From the NCBI GenBank assembly GCA_013265495.1, contig MU058337.1:6430716-6494715 (forward strand): DNA of 64,000 nt, in the 5' to 3' direction. The DNA is from Vicugna vicugna. Its lineage: Eukaryota. The notes below the pieces were generated by a model, which did not search any database, was not told the DNA's origin, and saw only the letters and a list, made by a program, of their open reading frames with translations. This document shows positions 61,451-64,000 of the stretch, in pieces. The first letter of the stretch is position 1. Each line of letters begins with the position of its first letter. A program made the position numbers and the translations under genes.

Positions 61451-63194
61451 GAACAGACCCCATGCCCTCTGAAAGTCACTCTCCCCTCCCTGTTCCCACT
61501 TAGACTACACATTTCTTAGAACAGAGTCCATACCTCATGTGAAATACACCAAATAAAGGACCTCCAAATGCCCGGCATGGAAAAGACCTTTGGGAAATTT
61601 TCTCCCGTTCCCTCTTGTTAGGAGTGGCCGCGGACTTAGTAGGGGCATAGTTCTCATTCTTTTCAGGAGGATGTATAAACCAATCAGTGAATAATGAAAA
61701 GAGATGTGTTACAAGGACTTCTAACTTAAAAAGAATACCACTGATATGTTTTAGAATTTCACATTGAAAAAAACTGTTCTATGAAGGAAATACTTTTCCC
61801 CTTTACCTGAATAATAAAAATCAATGAGTCCTGCAAGAAAGTGCTTTTATCCTTATTCAAACAAAACTCAAACTTAAAAACATTAAAAAAAAAAAAAGAA
61901 GAAAAAGAAAACCGTATCAAGCAGTAAACTGCATGGTTGTGAAGATAAAGAGATAAGTTTCTCATCCCTCATTAACAACAATCCTGGAAATGCTAACATT
62001 TTTACTAAATCCTCAAAACCAGTATACTAATTAGTAAAAGGCACCTGTGTCAACAGTCCTATTTCCATTTTTAAAAGTCGTTTCCTCAGCTGATGCCTGG
62101 GGTCCTCATTTAGCACATTAGCGTTTGTGGAGCCTAAAAACTGCTCATCACTGCTGGTCACTGGCTAGTTGCTAACACTTAGCCGTTCCCACACACAGCA
62201 GAATGTGTGGAGCCATCCAGCCGGTTTCAGAAACTCACCAGTAAGATGCTCCACCCAGGCTCTGCACAGAGACAAACATGCAGAGAGGTGGTGCCCTGTT
62301 CTCAAGGAGCGTACAGCTCGACAGACCTCCAATGGGCAGCAGAGTTCCTGAACAGGTGCGGGTTCCACCCCAAATCAACCCGTGGGTCCATTAATTCCCA
62401 CTGGAAAAGACATAAGGCTCTTTCCCAACAGCAGCTTAGAAATTCCGATGTTGGCTGGAAGGAGTCCACGATCAAAGTGGGGGTCCACCCCCTCTATGAT
62501 GCCTCACTCTAGTAACACCTAGGGTGTCTGGGGCAGGGGGCGGGGGAATGATAAGTTGGAAGGAAAAAACAAAAGCAGAAAAGAAGATTCCCAAATGAAA
62601 GTGAATGTTGTTTTGGATTCTGCTAAGGTTCCTCCATTGAGTTGAAAGATCATGACTTTTTTTTTTGTAATATACCTTCCAGATACTGAATTGGTCCTGA
62701 GTTGAGGAAAAGAATGTGTTCCACAGGTGAGAAATTCTGAAATAAACAAAATGAACCTGGGACAGAAACACTGATGGGGAAGCACTTTCAACCACACAGA
62801 CTCAGACTGACCAGGTTCTCCCAGTGACACCTCTGTGCTGGGGTGAGGCCTCGTTCTGCCATTAAGATCTCCCTCTACCACAACTCATGTTGATAAATGA
62901 ATAATGTAGACAAGCACGTACAGAAGACTCCCCCTTCATGCTCTGGAAAACTCTTTCCAAAAAGGAGAACATTGAGGAATCTGAAAACAGCCCTGGACCG
63001 CGTTCAAAAACTCAAGCCAAGAAAGAATCTTCAGATTTGACATCTTAAATTAGCAGGAATGTTTAGACAAATCTATAATCTAGGAAAACATACATACACC
63101 CACACTCACACCAAAAAAGCTTGCCTTTCCATCCTCTCATGTCAAGTGGATAATTAGTAATAAATTCTGTTTACTGTGACCATATGATGATTTT

Positions 63195-63880
63195 TCTCAT
63201 CCAATAATTTTTAATAAGTGCCTACTATGTGTCAGACACTGTGCTGGGCACAGGCACAAAGGGGTGAATGTGGAGTTTCCAGTCTCATGGGGGACACTGA
63301 AAAAAAGAGGGAATTGTACCCCTTCACATCTTGTGACTAAACTGTAAGTGTGATGAGGAAAGGGATGCTCAGAGGGAGGAAAATGGGGGTGGGAGGGAGG
63401 ACATGCTTTAGCTGGTGAAGCCAAGAGGGACAGAGGAGGTGACTTTATGTATCAATCTTGTTTCCTTTTTTACATCCACTGTCTGTTGGTGTTCCTATGA
63501 GCCAGGCACTACGCCCAGCATTCGGTGCATCATCTCATCTAATTCTAACCATTCTGTGGTAAGTATCATGAGCCCCTTTTACAGAAGAGGGAACTAGAAG
63601 CGGCTGGCTAGTAAGTAGCAGGGCCAGGGCTCTGGCTCAGGTCCGTGTGATCTTGGGAAAATGTCTGAACCCCCTGGGCATCAAAGCTCATGGTCTTTGC
63701 CTTCCTGGCTTAAGGAAACAAGAGGAAGTCAGTGATGCGGGGGGAGTAGAGTGTGTGAGAAGGGTGGAAGGAGGTGATATGCAAGAAATAGAAGGGGTGA
63801 GACTGGACACGCCCCAGGGGGGCACTTTAAGAATGCTAAGCAGAGAGGTGAGATGAACCGATCTGTGTATTTAAAAATAG
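63195..63880 (-). mobile_element. L2 fragments with an intervening MIR (about 63480-63640)
   Basis: aagtgcctactatgtgtcagacactgtgctggg; cctatgagccaggcact...cccttttacagaagagggaact. Confidence 0.7.
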
Positions 63881-63887
63881 TTTGGAA

Positions 63888-64000
63888 GAAAACACAATGA
63901 GACACCATGTCACACCCACTAGGATGGTGACAATAAAAACAAAGGAAAATAACAAGTGCTGGTGAGGATGCAGAGAAACAGGAGCCCTCCTTGTGCGTTG
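63888..64000 (+). mobile_element. LINE-1 ORF2 C-terminal fragment running off the window
   Basis: aaacacaatgagacaccatgtcacacccactaggatgg...aataacaagtgctggtgaggatgcagagaaacaggagccctc. Confidence 0.9.

Noticed and set aside
1..64000. CRISPR arrays, operons or other prokaryote-type systems
   Set aside because: The sequence is mammalian non-coding DNA with no repeat-spacer arrays or gene-dense ORFs.

Overview
Mammalian genomic DNA, most likely camelid: five tRNA-Ala(AGC)-derived SINEs of the Vic-1 type, a cetartiodactyl-style L1 3' end, and no Alu, B1, BovA or PRE-1 seen. I recognise no protein-coding exon, RNA gene or gene identity. The supplied ORFs look spurious (many use TTG/GTG starts or read through repeats). 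The window holds the usual interspersed repeats (L1 of several ages, L2, MIR, MaLR/ERVL LTRs, MER2B, MADE2, a hAT-type element). Between them are long repeat-poor unique stretches, notably about 28.4-41.3 kb, with CpG-retaining patches and clustered transcription-factor motifs. An apparent A>T skew on the + strand and several minus-strand splice-site pairs suggest the intronic or 5'UTR part of a large minus-strand gene, possibly with an internal promoter near 39 kb; this is inference. The clearest structural oddity is an L1 fragment flanked by a 53-bp direct repeat. I found no convincing new biological system. Repeat family names come from memory of consensus sequences and boundaries are approximate unless a target-site duplication (TSD) is given.
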